DNA of 64,000 bases from Laetmonice hystrix. Taxonomy: Eukaryota. The position numbers were made by a program, and so were the translations under genes. The notes beneath the pieces were generated by a model that searched no databases, was not told the DNA's origin, and was given only the letters and a program-made list of their open reading frames with translations. Shown piece by piece: positions 40,968 through 53,814 of this stretch. The DNA lies in assembly GCA_965235115.1 (NCBI GenBank), contig OZ249452.1, positions 17,050,001 to 17,114,000 on the forward strand, read 5' to 3'. The stretch's first letter is position 1. Each line of letters starts with the position of its first letter.

Positions 40968-42876
40968 GTACGTGACCCAGTGTTGACCTTTCTAGAGGTC
41001 ATGCATGATCAATCTGACCTAGTTATAGCTTCTATGGGAGGTCATGCCGATAGATGGCGTTGACAGCCACTTGGAATGACCCCCCCCCCCCCCCCAGTAA
41101 AACATTGTTTTAACCCCCAATCGCATTACACAGATAAGTTGACAAACGCTACAAGCAACAAGTTGACAAACGCTACAAGCAACAAGTTAGTTAAAGTCGA
41201 GGAATTCATTCCCATTCTTGATATTTCGTCTGTACGTCAGCAGTTGTTGCTGGTGCCGCCTGGCGGTCAAAGTTGTCAGCTCAGATCAGTGGAAACACAA
41301 GACATTTTATAGGAAGACTTTTCGTAATCTCCTGTCAGATATCTCTAAATTGTAACAGCGAATTACTGAGACTCAGAGCCCGGTGCCCCAGCTGTGGTAT
41401 CACTAACATATCTACACCAATCACAAAGGTCGCCTATCTAATTGGACGCCTCGAGTTGCGCGCGCATCCTCCCCACTTCCGGTCGGCCGGCATCCCGAGC
41501 CGTGACCCCGGCCTGACCCCTGTAGATCCCACCAGGTGGCGCGGATCGGTTGATACCTGTCCCAGGTGTTGTATGCGGGTGTCCCCTTACAGGGGGTTAC
41601 CATGTTCACCCCATACAACCCCTTGTGGTGCCAGCGGGGACGAGGGACACACAGGGTCAGAAAAAGCCTTGTTAACATTCTACACAATGTCGCTGCAATC
41701 TTGTTAGATTGGAGATTAAGAAGAAGAAAAACGTTGAGCTTGTAGCTCGTACCAGTGGCCACGTGCCGCCATGGGCATACACCCAGAGCGATGGTGGAGT
41801 ACACGGGGCACGGGTACTGACTCAGGGTGGTGTTCGCACGGTCGGGGGTTTTCCCTGTCATTAACCCGGACATAGCGGGACACCAGGAGGGGGTCCACGT
41901 ACTCGGGGCAGGGCCCAGGGTAAGAGTTTTCAGAGCCCCGCGTCCGGGGACAGGCCTCCGATAGCTAGAAACAGCGATGGTTTTGTCATGTAGATTTCGT
42001 TATGTAGACTTTCTCCTTTGAATAGATCTACGAGTTTCAAGTACTAATTGACATCAAGGAATCCTAGACTATAGGTTTGTAAGTGCTCTCAGTAAAACCA
42101 ACGAGTATACTCGTTGGTATAACAGTTCTTTACTGCATATATAGACCTACCTATATCAGTAGTCCCATATTCCCCGGTCAAGCCTGTGTCACGGGGTTGC
42201 GTGACAAATACAGGGTGTTTATCCGCACCCCTGATAATACAGAACGGACAGGGTACTCCCCATACCCCAACCATCTGGGGGAATCCATTCAACAGTTTGT
42301 CAAAGGTGCCCAGTCTGACAATACGACAAGAGGAGCGCCTTCCCCATCGGTCTGGCATGGGTCCAGAGTTTCCTACCACAGCGATACTGCCAGTGTTCAT
42401 TGTGACACATAGATGCGTTTGTCTGGGTTCTCAGCTATCTCCTGTAATCAGTTTTTTATGTAAAGCTATTGACAGGAAACATCAAACCCACAAATATCAG
42501 TCGGTTTTATTGTTGGTTGTCTGTCGTTTGCACTTGGCGAGTAACTGCGGTATCGTAATGGAGTTTATGCCATTGTTTCTATGTGAAAGCACTGTATATG
42601 ATTCAGTTCAGACTTCCAGGTGGAACAGGTAGTCAATTCTTTTTCAATGTAAAGTTGTTTCTCTTTGAAGTCATTTCTGAATCTATTGGCTTGCACTTTG
42701 CTGATGTCCTTTTGTGCCAGTGATTTCAATTGGCGCGCGTCGCGCGTGCATATACTCGCAGCATTGAAGTCTTCGAGATTGCCGCGAGCCATCGCGAGAG
42801 CCAGACCTCCCTCTTGAAATTTATGGTAAATTTATTAGTGAATACATGTGGACTTTCGTTGAAATGAAAGTTGAGC

Positions 42877-44116
42877 AAATTTTATAACTGTGGCATACAA
42901 GTCAATCTTATACCACAAATTTGATAACTGTGGCATGTAAGGCAATCCTATCCCACAAATTCTATAACTGTGGCATGTAAGGCAATCTTATACCACAAAT
43001 TTTATAACTGTGGCATGGAAGGCAATCTTATACCACAAATTTTATAACTGTGGCATACCAGGCAATCTTATACCACAAATTCTATAACTGTGGTATGTAA
43101 GGCAATCCTATACCACAAATTCTATAACTGTGGTATGTAAGACAATCCTATACCACAAATTTTATAACTGTGGCATACAAGGCAATCCTATCCCACAAAT
43201 TCTATAACTGTGGTATGTAAGACAATCCTATCCCACAAATTTTATAACTGTGGCATACAAGGCAATCCTATCCCACAAATTTTATAACTGTGGCATACAA
43301 GGCAATTCTATCCCACAAATTTTATAACTGTGGCATGCAAGGCAATCCTATCCCACAAATTCTATAACTGTGGCATGTAAGGCAATCCTAAACCACAAAT
43401 TTTATAACTGTGGCATACCAGGCAATCCTATACCACAAATTTTATAACTGTGGCATACAAGGCAATCCTATCCCACAAATTTTATAACTGTGGCATACAA
43501 GGCAATCCTATCCCACAAATTCTATAACTGTGGTATGTAAGACAATCCTATCCCACAAATTTTATAACTGTGGCATACAAGGCAATCCTATCCCACAAAT
43601 TTTATAACTGTGGCATACAAGGCAATTCTATCCCACAAATTTTATAACTGTGGCATGCAAGGCAATCCTATCCCACAAATTCTATAACTGTGGCATGTAA
43701 GGCAATCCTAAACCACAAATTTTATAACTGTGGCATACCAGGCAATCCTATACCACAAATTTTATAACTGTGGCATACAAGGCAATCTTATACCACAAAT
43801 TTTATAACTGTGGCATACAAGGCAATCTCATACCACAAATTTTATAACTGTGGTATGTAAGGCAATCCTATACCACAAATTCTATAACTGTGGTATGCAA
43901 GGCAATCCTATACCACAAATTTTATAACTGTGGCATACAAAGCAATCTAATACCACAAATTTTATACTGTGGCATACAAAGCAATCCTATCCCACAAATT
44001 TTATAACTGTGGCATACAAGGCAATCTTATACCACAAATTCTATAACTGTGGCATGCAAAGCAATCTAATACCACAAATTCTATAACTGTGGCATGCAAA
44101 GCAATCTAATACCACG
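42877..44116. repeat. 40-nt satellite x ~31 inside the NR4A intron, with an 8-mer higher-order duplication
   Basis: Unit TACCACAAATTTTATAACTGTGGCATACAAGGCAATCCTA; diagnostic variants recur at +320 nt (43201/43521, 43301/43621, 43391/43711). Confidence 0.95.
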
Positions 44117-47039
44117 AGAAGGTTTTCTTATTAGACGAGTACAATTCAACTTTGTAAAGTACTTTTACATGGGCATTTCAAAACAAATTGACATATAGGA
44201 TTGTAAAAAGGTACCTCAGAGAAAAATGAAAAGTTTACAGGGATTATGTCTGCCACATTATACTGATCCGGTTCTGATAGATTCCTATAACGGAAACTCA
44301 CCCAATACAGTCCGTCAATTTACTGTTCATGTTCTGAATTAACTTCAAGATGAAGTAAGTACCCTTCGTATCGCCCACACCCACTCACAAAACATAGAAA
44401 ATACATAAATGTCTAATTAGAACATATAAGTGTCTAATTAGAAAATATAAATGTCTACTTAGGAAATATAAATGTTGTATTGACGAGAACTTGTGCGATT
44501 TCCCGAGACGGGCTCCACTTACAGGAAGAAGGGCTGCGGTACGTAGACTGTACATTTAGTCAAATCTGTTTAAAGACCACGTTTTTCTAATTTATAGTCT
44601 CATTAAATATAAACACGCGATAAGTCTGTAATCATGCCATTTTTAAACTCCCAAATATCTATAATATTTTTTAACCACAAAAGGGCTTTCTTCTATTTTG
44701 TCGCCTGCCATTTCAAGAATTAATTGCCCTAACCAAAAATAGAATTGTAGTATCTGTTATAGACGTGAACAAGTGTCGGGGCTATGGAGACAGATGTTGA
44801 GTTTGCCATTTCCATGGCAGTTAGGTAAACATCAAAGGCTCAAATCAGAAAGAAGACAATAGTGTAGTACCACCCATCAACAGTATAATTATGAAATCAG
44901 ACCTCGATGGGGAGGTTGTTTTTAACCGTTCACAGACCAATACACACGTGGAGTGGACAAGGGTCATTCAACCGTGAAAGGATCAGACAGGCATGGCACA
45001 CGACTTGGTTAAAAACTCGGCTCACTCTTTGGTTTGGCGAGACAAAATTTCCCTAAGAAATGGCCGGAATTGGCAGAGTAGATTTACCAAATTTACCATC
45101 ATGCAGTCAATCTATATCAATCTTTGTAAACGTGGTTCAATTAGCGTAAATGAAAACAACTCCATGGATTTGTGGAATAATAAAGTACATTTTCCTGATA
45201 AGAATACAATTCCTAGTGGTTGTAAATTAACTGGTAGGTCCGACCATTATGACCAGGAAAGGGCAGGGAGGTATCAAATGTAACGTAATTGAGAGTATAT
45301 AAAAAGAAATGAAGCCTTTGATGGTTTATTGTCCGTGTTATGGCCACATGTGCTGTCTGGTTTTGCTCACACGTGGCTAAATTCGTGCGAGATGCCAAGT
45401 GCACCACGTCAAATATATGTAGTCCGAGAGATCTACACTGGAAAGCCAGAATTGGTGAAAATTGCCAAAACATTGGCCTAACAATTTCTTCCCTTAGGGA
45501 CTGACACCCCCCCCCCCCCCCCCCGTCCCCATGTCTAAAAGTCAAGTATTGGACAGAAGACAATATGATTGCGTTACATAATGTATGACGTTACATAATG
45601 TATGACGTAACGTTGTAACGGGTATAATGCGTGAATGGGCTGAACATTATGGCACCCTTTTCTCAGTGTGATCGACCTGATGACACGGAGCAATCCTCCA
45701 GGTTGGAAATGGCACCGAAATGTCAACGCCTGTCGATCACATGTTTGTTTGTCGTGATCACTGAAGCGTAGCGCGTGGTGGCCAAACCACGGCGTTCACG
45801 ACACGCTTCGTCTGCGTTCGTCTGCTCTCATTAACAATCATCACAGACAATGATAGGGCGTTCCTCTGCCCTATATATTACTGTCATATTCTACCCAGAA
45901 AGGAATGCCTCTTCCCTTATCGTAGCGGAGATCTGATGCGGCGAGTGTAGCCCACAGACAGACGCCACAATGTCCAGTTTTAGTGACTCCGAATTCACGC
46001 ATGCGCGTCAATGAATCAAACGTTTGTTCGCATGTTGAAGCACACGTAGGCGGGTGTGAAATTAGCGTTCTATTGACACTTACTGTCAATAGTCGGGAGC
46101 AAGGCGAATAAAAAAAACACTTGTCACGCAAGTTGTCTCGCGAGAGTTTGGAGGCACGAGGACATATTGAAGGTCAGGCGAGAGGTCATGAGGTCGGACC
46201 ATGGCGACTGAAGCGTATTTGTTATAGGTTTCTTTGATGTGTTTCACACGCTATGTGTCTATGTTTCCGTCTCTGAAGGAACCAACATCAATAGTTGTCT
46301 CGTAAAAAGTTGCCCCTTATATACAAAGCCGCCATTTGCAAGGTGTCCCTCGTTATTTTTACTTGTATTTTAGTAAACAATGAGAAATGTCCTCAATCGA
46401 CCTGTAATAATAATACTTGTTGGAGTATGTACAGAAACTTACTAATAATGCAGCTGTCGCTTTACTTTCGAGTTCTTATTTACCGTTCCGACTTGGCCCA
46501 AACATTTTGGATTGATAAATTTCACTGAGACGTGTTTCATATTGGCGTGTATTTTCCATGCGGTATGAGTGCCGACTTTTGGAGTTGGGTCGATTATATA
46601 AATATTTATCTTCGTCGGATCCCGACTTGCGGATCGTGTAGGGACTTGATACACCGCGCATGCCCATTAGGTGCCTAACATACCCGCTGCAGGAGACTAT
46701 GGGGCGGGGGGTGATTGTACCCCCCCCCCCTTCACTCCGATGAAGTTTTATTGTCCAGTGTCCAGCACCCCCTGGGGGTCATTCCAATCCCCCCCTTTGG
46801 AGGTTTTAGGGGCAGTATGCTAAGTCCCGGCCCAATCACCGAAACGAGCGGTGAGGCCCGTCTCCTGCCCGCTAGGTGGATACAAGGGACGATGGCGCTG
46901 CACTTACTAGACTCATCACTGTGCCTGCCTCCTGTATCATTACGCCATAAACCACACGCTAGGGAACGTTAGAGAAATTGATGACTCCGCCCCACCTCCC
47001 GGTCGCCCCTTCCACCCGGTCCCAGCGCAGCGATCAAGG

Positions 47040-47230
47040 CACGTGTTCACCAGTTACACGGCGTCCTCCTATTATGGCGGGAAAACAAGCGGCCGTGCGG
47101 CCGACCATATGGACCATCCCGAGCCACGTGGCCTCGGCTAATTCTCCAAATTACTCCAGTATTAATTTGGTCATTATTAATTTGCCGACGACAGGCGAGT
47201 TGCAAGGCGAGCGACGTTAAAAGGATGGAT
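47040..47230 (+). promoter_or_regulatory. Candidate internal promoter for the 47345 exon (CArG box, E-boxes)
   Basis: CCTATTATGG 47068-47077 fits CC(A/T)6GG; CACGTG near 47040 and 47125; TATTAATTTG twice. Confidence 0.4.
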
Positions 47231-47344
47231 GGCGGCGGGTAGTGGGGTAGTTTGTCGTAAGCCGTCCGTGGGTTGGGACGGGTCTCTAACAACCAGACTG
47301 GTTATTGTATACACTATCACAACGTGAGAACCCTTCACTGTCGA

Positions 47345-47419
47345 ATGGAGCCGCCCGCCATGTTTGCGTCACAATCGATGTGCGCCTACTTTGATCCTGA
47401 AGACTTCATCGATTGGTTG
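47345..47419 (+). CDS. NR4A: NR4A alternative first coding exon (MEPPAMFASQSMCAYFDPEDFIDWL)
   Basis: ATG at 47345, exactly 25 codons to strong donor TTG|GTAAGC, phase 0 matching acceptor 47781. Confidence 0.55.
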
Positions 47420-47780
47420 GTAAGCTCATCTCACATTGGACCGCTTTTCTATTGGACCGGTTTCGTTTCATTTCCGGTTTTATACGAGCTGGATTTAAAC
47501 CATATCAGCAACCGGAACGGAAAAGCGTTCTTGATCTTGATTTGTACACATGTGATCTCTGTTGATTGGGGCGAGATAGAACTCGGCTAGGCTGCCGTCA
47601 TGCACCTGGACATCCCAAAACCTAGCAGTGAAAAGTCTTGTGTGTAGTTTACGACGTGGCAAGCAATCACAGTGATATTCTGGCGTATGCCGTTCCCTAT
47701 ACTTTTAGGTATTTGCACTTCTTGCACATTTTTTTAATCAATCTTAAATTGAAAACGGCGTTGTACTTTGTGTTTTGCAG

Positions 47781-48592
47781 ACGACATTCAACACAGGAAG
47801 TCCCGCCAGTCTGGACCGGTTTCAGTCGGCCACCTTTGACGTAAACGTTTGTACCCCGAGCTCCATGGCGACCGACGTCAACACGTCATACCAGGCCGGA
47901 TACCAGAGCGCCCCCTTACAGACGTTTGCGGAAACATCGTTCACCGGGACGGAGACGCCAATGGACACTTTTGCCACTTCCACGTTTGATAATTTGACGT
48001 CATCCATGGCAAACTACACCGAAATTTCATCATCCTTGCCGAGTTTTCCCGAGACTTATAACATACATGGGACATACACGTATATGCGCGATGAACCCAA
48101 GTCCGAGTTCGGAAGTTTTGGCCGGGAGGCTGCCAGCCCGTCTTCCGGAGGAGAGAAATTCTCGGCTACAATGCATTACCAAGGACAGTACGAGGCCTTC
48201 TCCGACGAGGCCTACCTAAAGCAGGGGGGTTTTGTCAGTGTGGACAATCACGAATTTTACCCGAAAGGAACCCCCGGGGCGTTCCAAGGGTCATCGTTTC
48301 CCTCTAGTTCCACCGCCATGCCTGGGACATCATACACCCCTGATCAAAAAGACAGTGTCTACCAGCACGCGGCTGGTTTCCAAGGTAACCAACAGTTATT
48401 CCACGGCAGCGACAGACAAGGTTACCATGGATACCAGCCTGGTTACTATGACAACCAGCGCTTGGCAGGACCCGACACGAACTATAACTTCCCAGGCCAT
48501 GGGGGTATATATCATGGCGACATAAGTGTGCAGATGGGTCGAGGTCCCTACCAACGCCGACCCTCCATGACCTTGACCAACACAGACCCAAG
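47781..48592 (+). CDS. NR4A: NR4A A/B (AF-1) domain exon
   Basis: Acceptor TTTTGCAG|ACG, 812-nt open frame (S/T/Y/G/Q-rich, ending RRPSMTLTNTDP), donor AG|GTCAGT phase 2. Confidence 0.9.
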
Positions 48593-48625
48593 GTCAGTAT
48601 ACATTTTAATTAAGGATGTATGTAA

Positions 48626-49042
<417 letters not shown>

Positions 49043-49180
49043 TAATGTAGCTTATGGCAGCGCCGGTGTGTGCTAAAGCGAGATAACGTTGGAAGTAGAT
49101 AGCGTGAGTCTATTAGAACGCGGAACACATAATTTTATGACACTAGTCTATTTTTTTTTGGTTTTCCTTCTTTTTAACAG

Positions 49181-49310
49181 AGGACGGTGCAGAAGGGATC
49201 GAAATATGTGTGTTTAGCGGATAAAAACTGCCCGGTGGACAAACGACGACGAAATCGCTGTCAGTTTTGTCGGTTCCAAAAGTGTCTCGTAGTCGGCATG
49301 GTCAAGGAGG
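49181..49310 (+). CDS. NR4A: NR4A exon with zinc finger 2 ([43 protein letters not shown])
   Basis: Acceptor TTTTTAACAG|, donor G|GTGAGT, NR4A-type D-box. Not in the ORF track; translated by hand. Confidence 0.97.
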
Positions 49311-49649
49311 GTGAGTAGACCAGCGTTCTTACTCAGTACCCGGATGTAACTTTGGTGCTCTATCTTTCTATCTCTGCTTTTCTCCGTCTTCCTCTATCTT
49401 TCCCTCCTTTCACTGTTTTCCGTTCCTTTATGTTCAAGTTCTTATCTCTAAATCTATTTTTTTATCTCTAACTCTATCTCTGGCTGCATTTATTCACGTT
49501 TCCTGTTTTTCTCTATTTCTCTATTTTCGCGTTCTCTATCTGTTTCTCTATCTGGTCCAGCATGCTGACTGCACGGGGCTATCCTGTTCAGTGTTAGACC
49601 CCCAGTTTTATGGAGTTTTCCTATGGTGAGATAGCCCCTCTGTATGCAG

Positions 49650-49790
49650 CCTGACGTCGTTTGTGACGTCATAAACCGTTGATGACGACCACTCGGTCGG
49701 CCAGTCACGTGTCACGGTCGGACGCCGAACGTTTAACGTCAATTTGACAGAAGTGACGGCACGTGAGTCCGTTTGACGGCACGTGATTGG
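49650..49790. promoter_or_regulatory. Intronic CRE/E-box cluster in NR4A intron
   Basis: TGACGTCG 49652, TGACGTCA 49664, CACGTG 49706, TGACGGCACGTGA twice (49754, 49774). Confidence 0.4.
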
Positions 49791-50122
49791 GGGCCGTGTG
49801 GGGAGGTTAGATTGCATGCCGCAGGGCCCGTCCCACTGCCAACCACCTGTTCGTCCACAGACAACGCCCTGGCTGGCAGGGTAGGAAATCGTAAATACGC
49901 TCGTCAGTTCGGACCTCTCTCAACGTTACAAAGCCTGGTGCCTCCACCAGTCTACATTAAACGTCTGGGTGTGGATTTAAGTCAGGCGTACACGTATACC
50001 GACTGCCCCCGACTAAATAGTCGTTAAGTGTGTGCCGGGTGTTTTTACAACAGCTCCATATACATGTATTCGCAACAACCAGCCTGCCGACTAAAACTAA
50101 AACAGTCGTTACGTGTGTTAGA

Positions 50123-50224
50123 GTTCACTGGACGTCACAGTTCACTGGACGTCACAGTTCACTGGACGTCACAGTTCACTGGACGTCACAGTTCACTGGA
50201 CGTCACAGTTCACTGGACGTCACA
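50123..50224. repeat. 17-nt perfect tandem repeat x 6 (GTTCACTGGACGTCACA) in NR4A intron
   Basis: Direct reading. Confidence 0.97.
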
Positions 50225-50345
50225 GTAGTTGCCAACCCAGGTCTGAGCAGTAAACAGAACAAGCAGTTCCCTACTGGCCTGCTCGTTGTCTTTCCCCTGA
50301 AAGTTATGTTGAGAGTGAGCTTTAACGAAAACTATTTAATTCCAG

Positions 50346-50506
50346 TGGTGCGTACTGACAGTCTCAAAGGACGGCGAGGTCGCCTTCCCTCCAAACCAAA
50401 GTCTCCCCAGGAGTCGCCACCATCGCCACCGGTGTCACTGATCACCGCCTTGGTGCGCGCGCACGTCGACACTGCTCCGGATCTGCCCAACCTCGACTAC
50501 TCTAAG
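50346..50506 (+). CDS. NR4A: NR4A T/A-box and hinge exon ([42 protein letters not shown]...DYSK)
   Basis: The [20 protein letters not shown]-box is diagnostic of NR4A. Acceptor TTCCAG|, donor AAG|GTAAGG. Confidence 0.97.
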
Positions 50507-50789
50507 GTAAGGTATCTTTCTAGTGACTATTGTATGACTACGGTGGCCCATAAGGGTCATTAATATCACTTTCCACCACGGAAAAAGTCTTCTCTCCGCG
50601 GAGAAAACTTTTCTCCGTACTTTGCTCCGTACAGGATAGCGCATAGTCGTGAATACATGCTCGAGGCGAAGTCGAGGGCACGTACGACCTGGTAATACTG
50701 TCAGGCCCCGTCGTTTGGGCGGGGGTGACCTTGAAGTCACGTGATGTTTATATCGTCATTCACGTCACATTTTTTGCTTCTGTTTTTAG

Positions 50790-50995
50790 TTCAAAGTTCC
50801 AACACCAGAGGAGGAGGCGACGTGTCCTAATTTGGCGGCGCTGAAGGAGTTTTACGAAATCATCCTGAGTTCGATAGACGTTATCAAAGGTTGGGCCGAG
50901 AAGGTGCCTGGATTCACCGACCTCTCGCCTGAAGATCAGGACCTCCTCTTCCACTCAGCATCCCTCGAACTGTTTGCTCTCAGGGTCGCATACCG
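50790..50995 (+). CDS. NR4A: NR4A LBD exon (FKVP...[38 protein letters not shown])
   Basis: Acceptor TTTTTAG|TTC, nuclear receptor LBD signature WAEKVPGF...EDQ. Donor is either CG|GTCGGC (50995) or GA|GTAAGT (51007), both phase 2. Confidence 0.93.
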
Positions 50996-51343
50996 GTCGG
51001 CAACCGAGTAAGTCCTTCAGCAGCAATTTAATGTATATTATACAAATATTGCACCGAGTAGAGTGCAATATGCTAAGTTAACACATCGTCACTCCGCGTG
51101 CTACCGTATATTAGTTTTAATCTCATGACCAGTAAGACCACATGTATGGAAATGTCTGTTAATTCAAACGTATCTTCTGGTTGCAAGTTCATTTTGACGT
51201 GCAATATGAATTTCTGTCCCAATCATAGATCTATAAGGTGACTATAAAAGATAGGATTTGCACAGAAAAGTCCTTTAGCTATAACCATGTGATTACGTGA
51301 GCCTTTGGCGTGATTTTGACAAAAAACGAACTTTGCTGAACAG

Positions 51344-51522
51344 AGCACAACAGGATGATGACCGTGTGATCTTCTGTAACGGCCTCGTTCTGCACCGTCG
51401 GCAATGTTCGGCATCGTTCGGAGATTGGGCCGAATCAATCCTCGACTTTGGATTGTCTCTTAAACGAATGGACCTCGACATTTCCTCCTTAGCTTGTATG
51501 GCCGCTCTGACCATGGTCACAC
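51344..51522 (+). CDS. NR4A: NR4A LBD exon (AQQDDDRVIFCNGLVLHRRQC...DISSLACMAALTMVT)
   Basis: Acceptor GAACAG|A, donor C|GTAAGT. IFCNG and DISS..C.AAL motifs of the NR4A LBD. Confidence 0.96.
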
Positions 51523-51712
51523 GTAAGTATAGACCCTTATCTTCTTATCTTCCACACCCGCCGTGGTTCCACTCTACATCTAAATATAACTTTTTAAACT
51601 AAGCTTGGAGTGTATTACGATTCGCTAAGTAGTTTTCGAAATATATCATTTATTTTGTATATCTTTTTAGCCATTTCCTGTGAGTTATATGTCTAAATGT
51701 TGCCATTTTCAG

Positions 51713-51972
51713 AGCGACATGGCGTCAAAGAGCCTAAAAAGGTGGAAGACCTGCAGATGAAAATTATAGACGCGCTCAGGGACCATTGCACGTATAATGC
51801 GCAAGCGCAGAAGAAACCTCACTTCTTCTCGCGAATTCTCGGTAAGATCCCGGAACTACGAACGCTAAGCCGAGAAGGCGTCCAGCGCTTCTTCTATCTA
51901 AAGTTGGATGATATAGTTCCGCCACCACCCATTATAGAAAACCTCTTTCTAAGTAGCCAATTGCCATTTTAA
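51713..51972 (+). CDS. NR4A: NR4A terminal exon (RHGVKEPKKVEDLQMKII...LFLSSQLPF*)
   Basis: Acceptor TTTTCAG|, ends TAA at 51972, NR4A-type C-terminus ...LPF. Spliced totals: 656 aa (Met 40947), 674 aa (Met 47345), 797 aa (Met 39881). Confidence 0.97.
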
Positions 51973-53814
51973 TCAATATTATGTCAAAGTTGTTTATTGT
52001 TGTTACGTCACACAGTGCACCGGTGTTCCAAAAAACACGTCACTCAGAGAGAGATAGAGAGAGAGAGAGGGAGAAAGAGATAGAGTGAGTGTAAGAAGGA
52101 CTGTGTTTTACCATTGCGTCACCAGTTGCCATAGTAACAGAACTTGCCTCGGTTCTTTTCTGGTCATGTTTTTCTGTACCTATGTGAGTACTGTCGTCTG
52201 CACTTGGCCGCGGATGCCATGAGTGACGTATAGCGTCTGTGACGTCATGGAAGAATTTCTAGACATTTAAAGGATATCTTTTCTATACGCCAAGTCCGGC
52301 ATCAACATCCAATCAACCAATCGCCGTCTATCAGTCGGCATTACAGCGCTACCTAGTGGCCTTTATCAGTACTACTACTGTGACACCACCAAAGTGAATA
52401 CCAATTCATAGAACTGTAAGATAATTATTTTCTAACAAACAACTATATTTATCATCAAGAAAAAAATACTGAACATATCGAATTATCATCTGGCTGGGGT
52501 AAATGTTAGTTTTGGGGAGATGGGTGTCGGTAGGATTATTTTTGTCTAGTAGAATATGCTGACTTCTCCGAGTGGCCGCCTAGCGCAGTTGACACTGCTG
52601 ACAGGCGGTCGTTCGGTATGACGATCCTGACGTTGTTTAGTATTACCATAAATCTCACTTGAACATGACCTTGAGATGTCTAATCTATATTGTAGCGGTA
52701 TTCCCGTACACTTCCAATGATAACCGGTAGCAGGTGACCAGCACTCCACTTAGGGAATCAAACCTGTTTTTATTTTATTTATTTTCTTTGGTAATTATAC
52801 AGTATTTGACCAAACATTCCACAAAGATCTAGGGGGACACATATCCCTGCAGTGTAGCAGTAGTCAGAGTAGGCCCTTTCATGAAGCTATGAAGCTTGCA
52901 ACCAGAGTCAATTTCTCTTTTAGTTGCGTTTGTAACGTTGCCTGGTCATCAGTGCATGACATTGAAGAAGCGTCGGCAAAGCTAGGGTATGGCATCTTTT
53001 CACGCGACACCATGCAACATGCCGCCCCATCTAGCGGCAGAAGTCTGCAACTGAAAGTCGGCCCTGGCCTTTCGAGCCCTATGGCTGTATTGAAATTCAG
53101 CCAGCCTGAATGAAATGTGTGGCTTTTCTTGCAAGACCCTCAGGGGATATCATTAGACCGCTTCAAAAAAACACGGTTTATATCTTCGTCTCAATGCGGT
53201 CAACAATTGCGCATAATCCTTTTGCTGTGAAAACCCGACCCAATGAAGTCCAAATACCCCAGACATAAGCCTGCTTGCGAATTGAAGACAGAGGCCTATA
53301 CGTTCCCAAATATAGCCTCCTAAAAGTACCTATACAAATCAGAGCGTTTAAAGCTGATAGAAATTATCCCACCCTTCAGTAGATTTTTAAACTTTTGATC
53401 AGCAACCGGGATATTTCTTACTAGAGCGGTACTGGACCTTTCAGGCTTTTGGTCCGACTTCCACGGAGTCTAGCTGAACACACTCGCGAGGAAAATTACA
53501 AATCGTTCTGCCTTGATTGAATCCGCCATGCAAAACTGACAAGCAGACTTGCCTGCCTTGTCTCTGGGAAGGAGAAATGTTGGGCTTTTGCAATCTTAAA
53601 GGCGCTGCCTTGCATACTCTTTCCCCCCTTACCCCAGGGTGCATTATACTGTATTTCGTCTGTTTTTGTTATATGGATAGCTAGGCACTGTTGCGAATTT
53701 GATAACGTTTAGAGTTGGCCTAAACTTGCCTTATCAATTATACACCAGGCATTGGTCTGTTCTACTACGGCAGCGAGCAATAATTCGCAAACGTTTGCTG
53801 TGGTCTTTGCCTAT

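Noticed and set aside
40984-41001. Canonical NurRE
   Set aside because: The octamer half-sites are 2 nt apart rather than 6, and the second is AGAGGTCA; kept only as an NBRE within an everted repeat.
42877-44116. CRISPR-like array (palindromic conserved core with a variable segment)
   Set aside because: The variable segments are point variants of one sequence, not unique spacers; there are no cas genes; the context is a eukaryotic intron.
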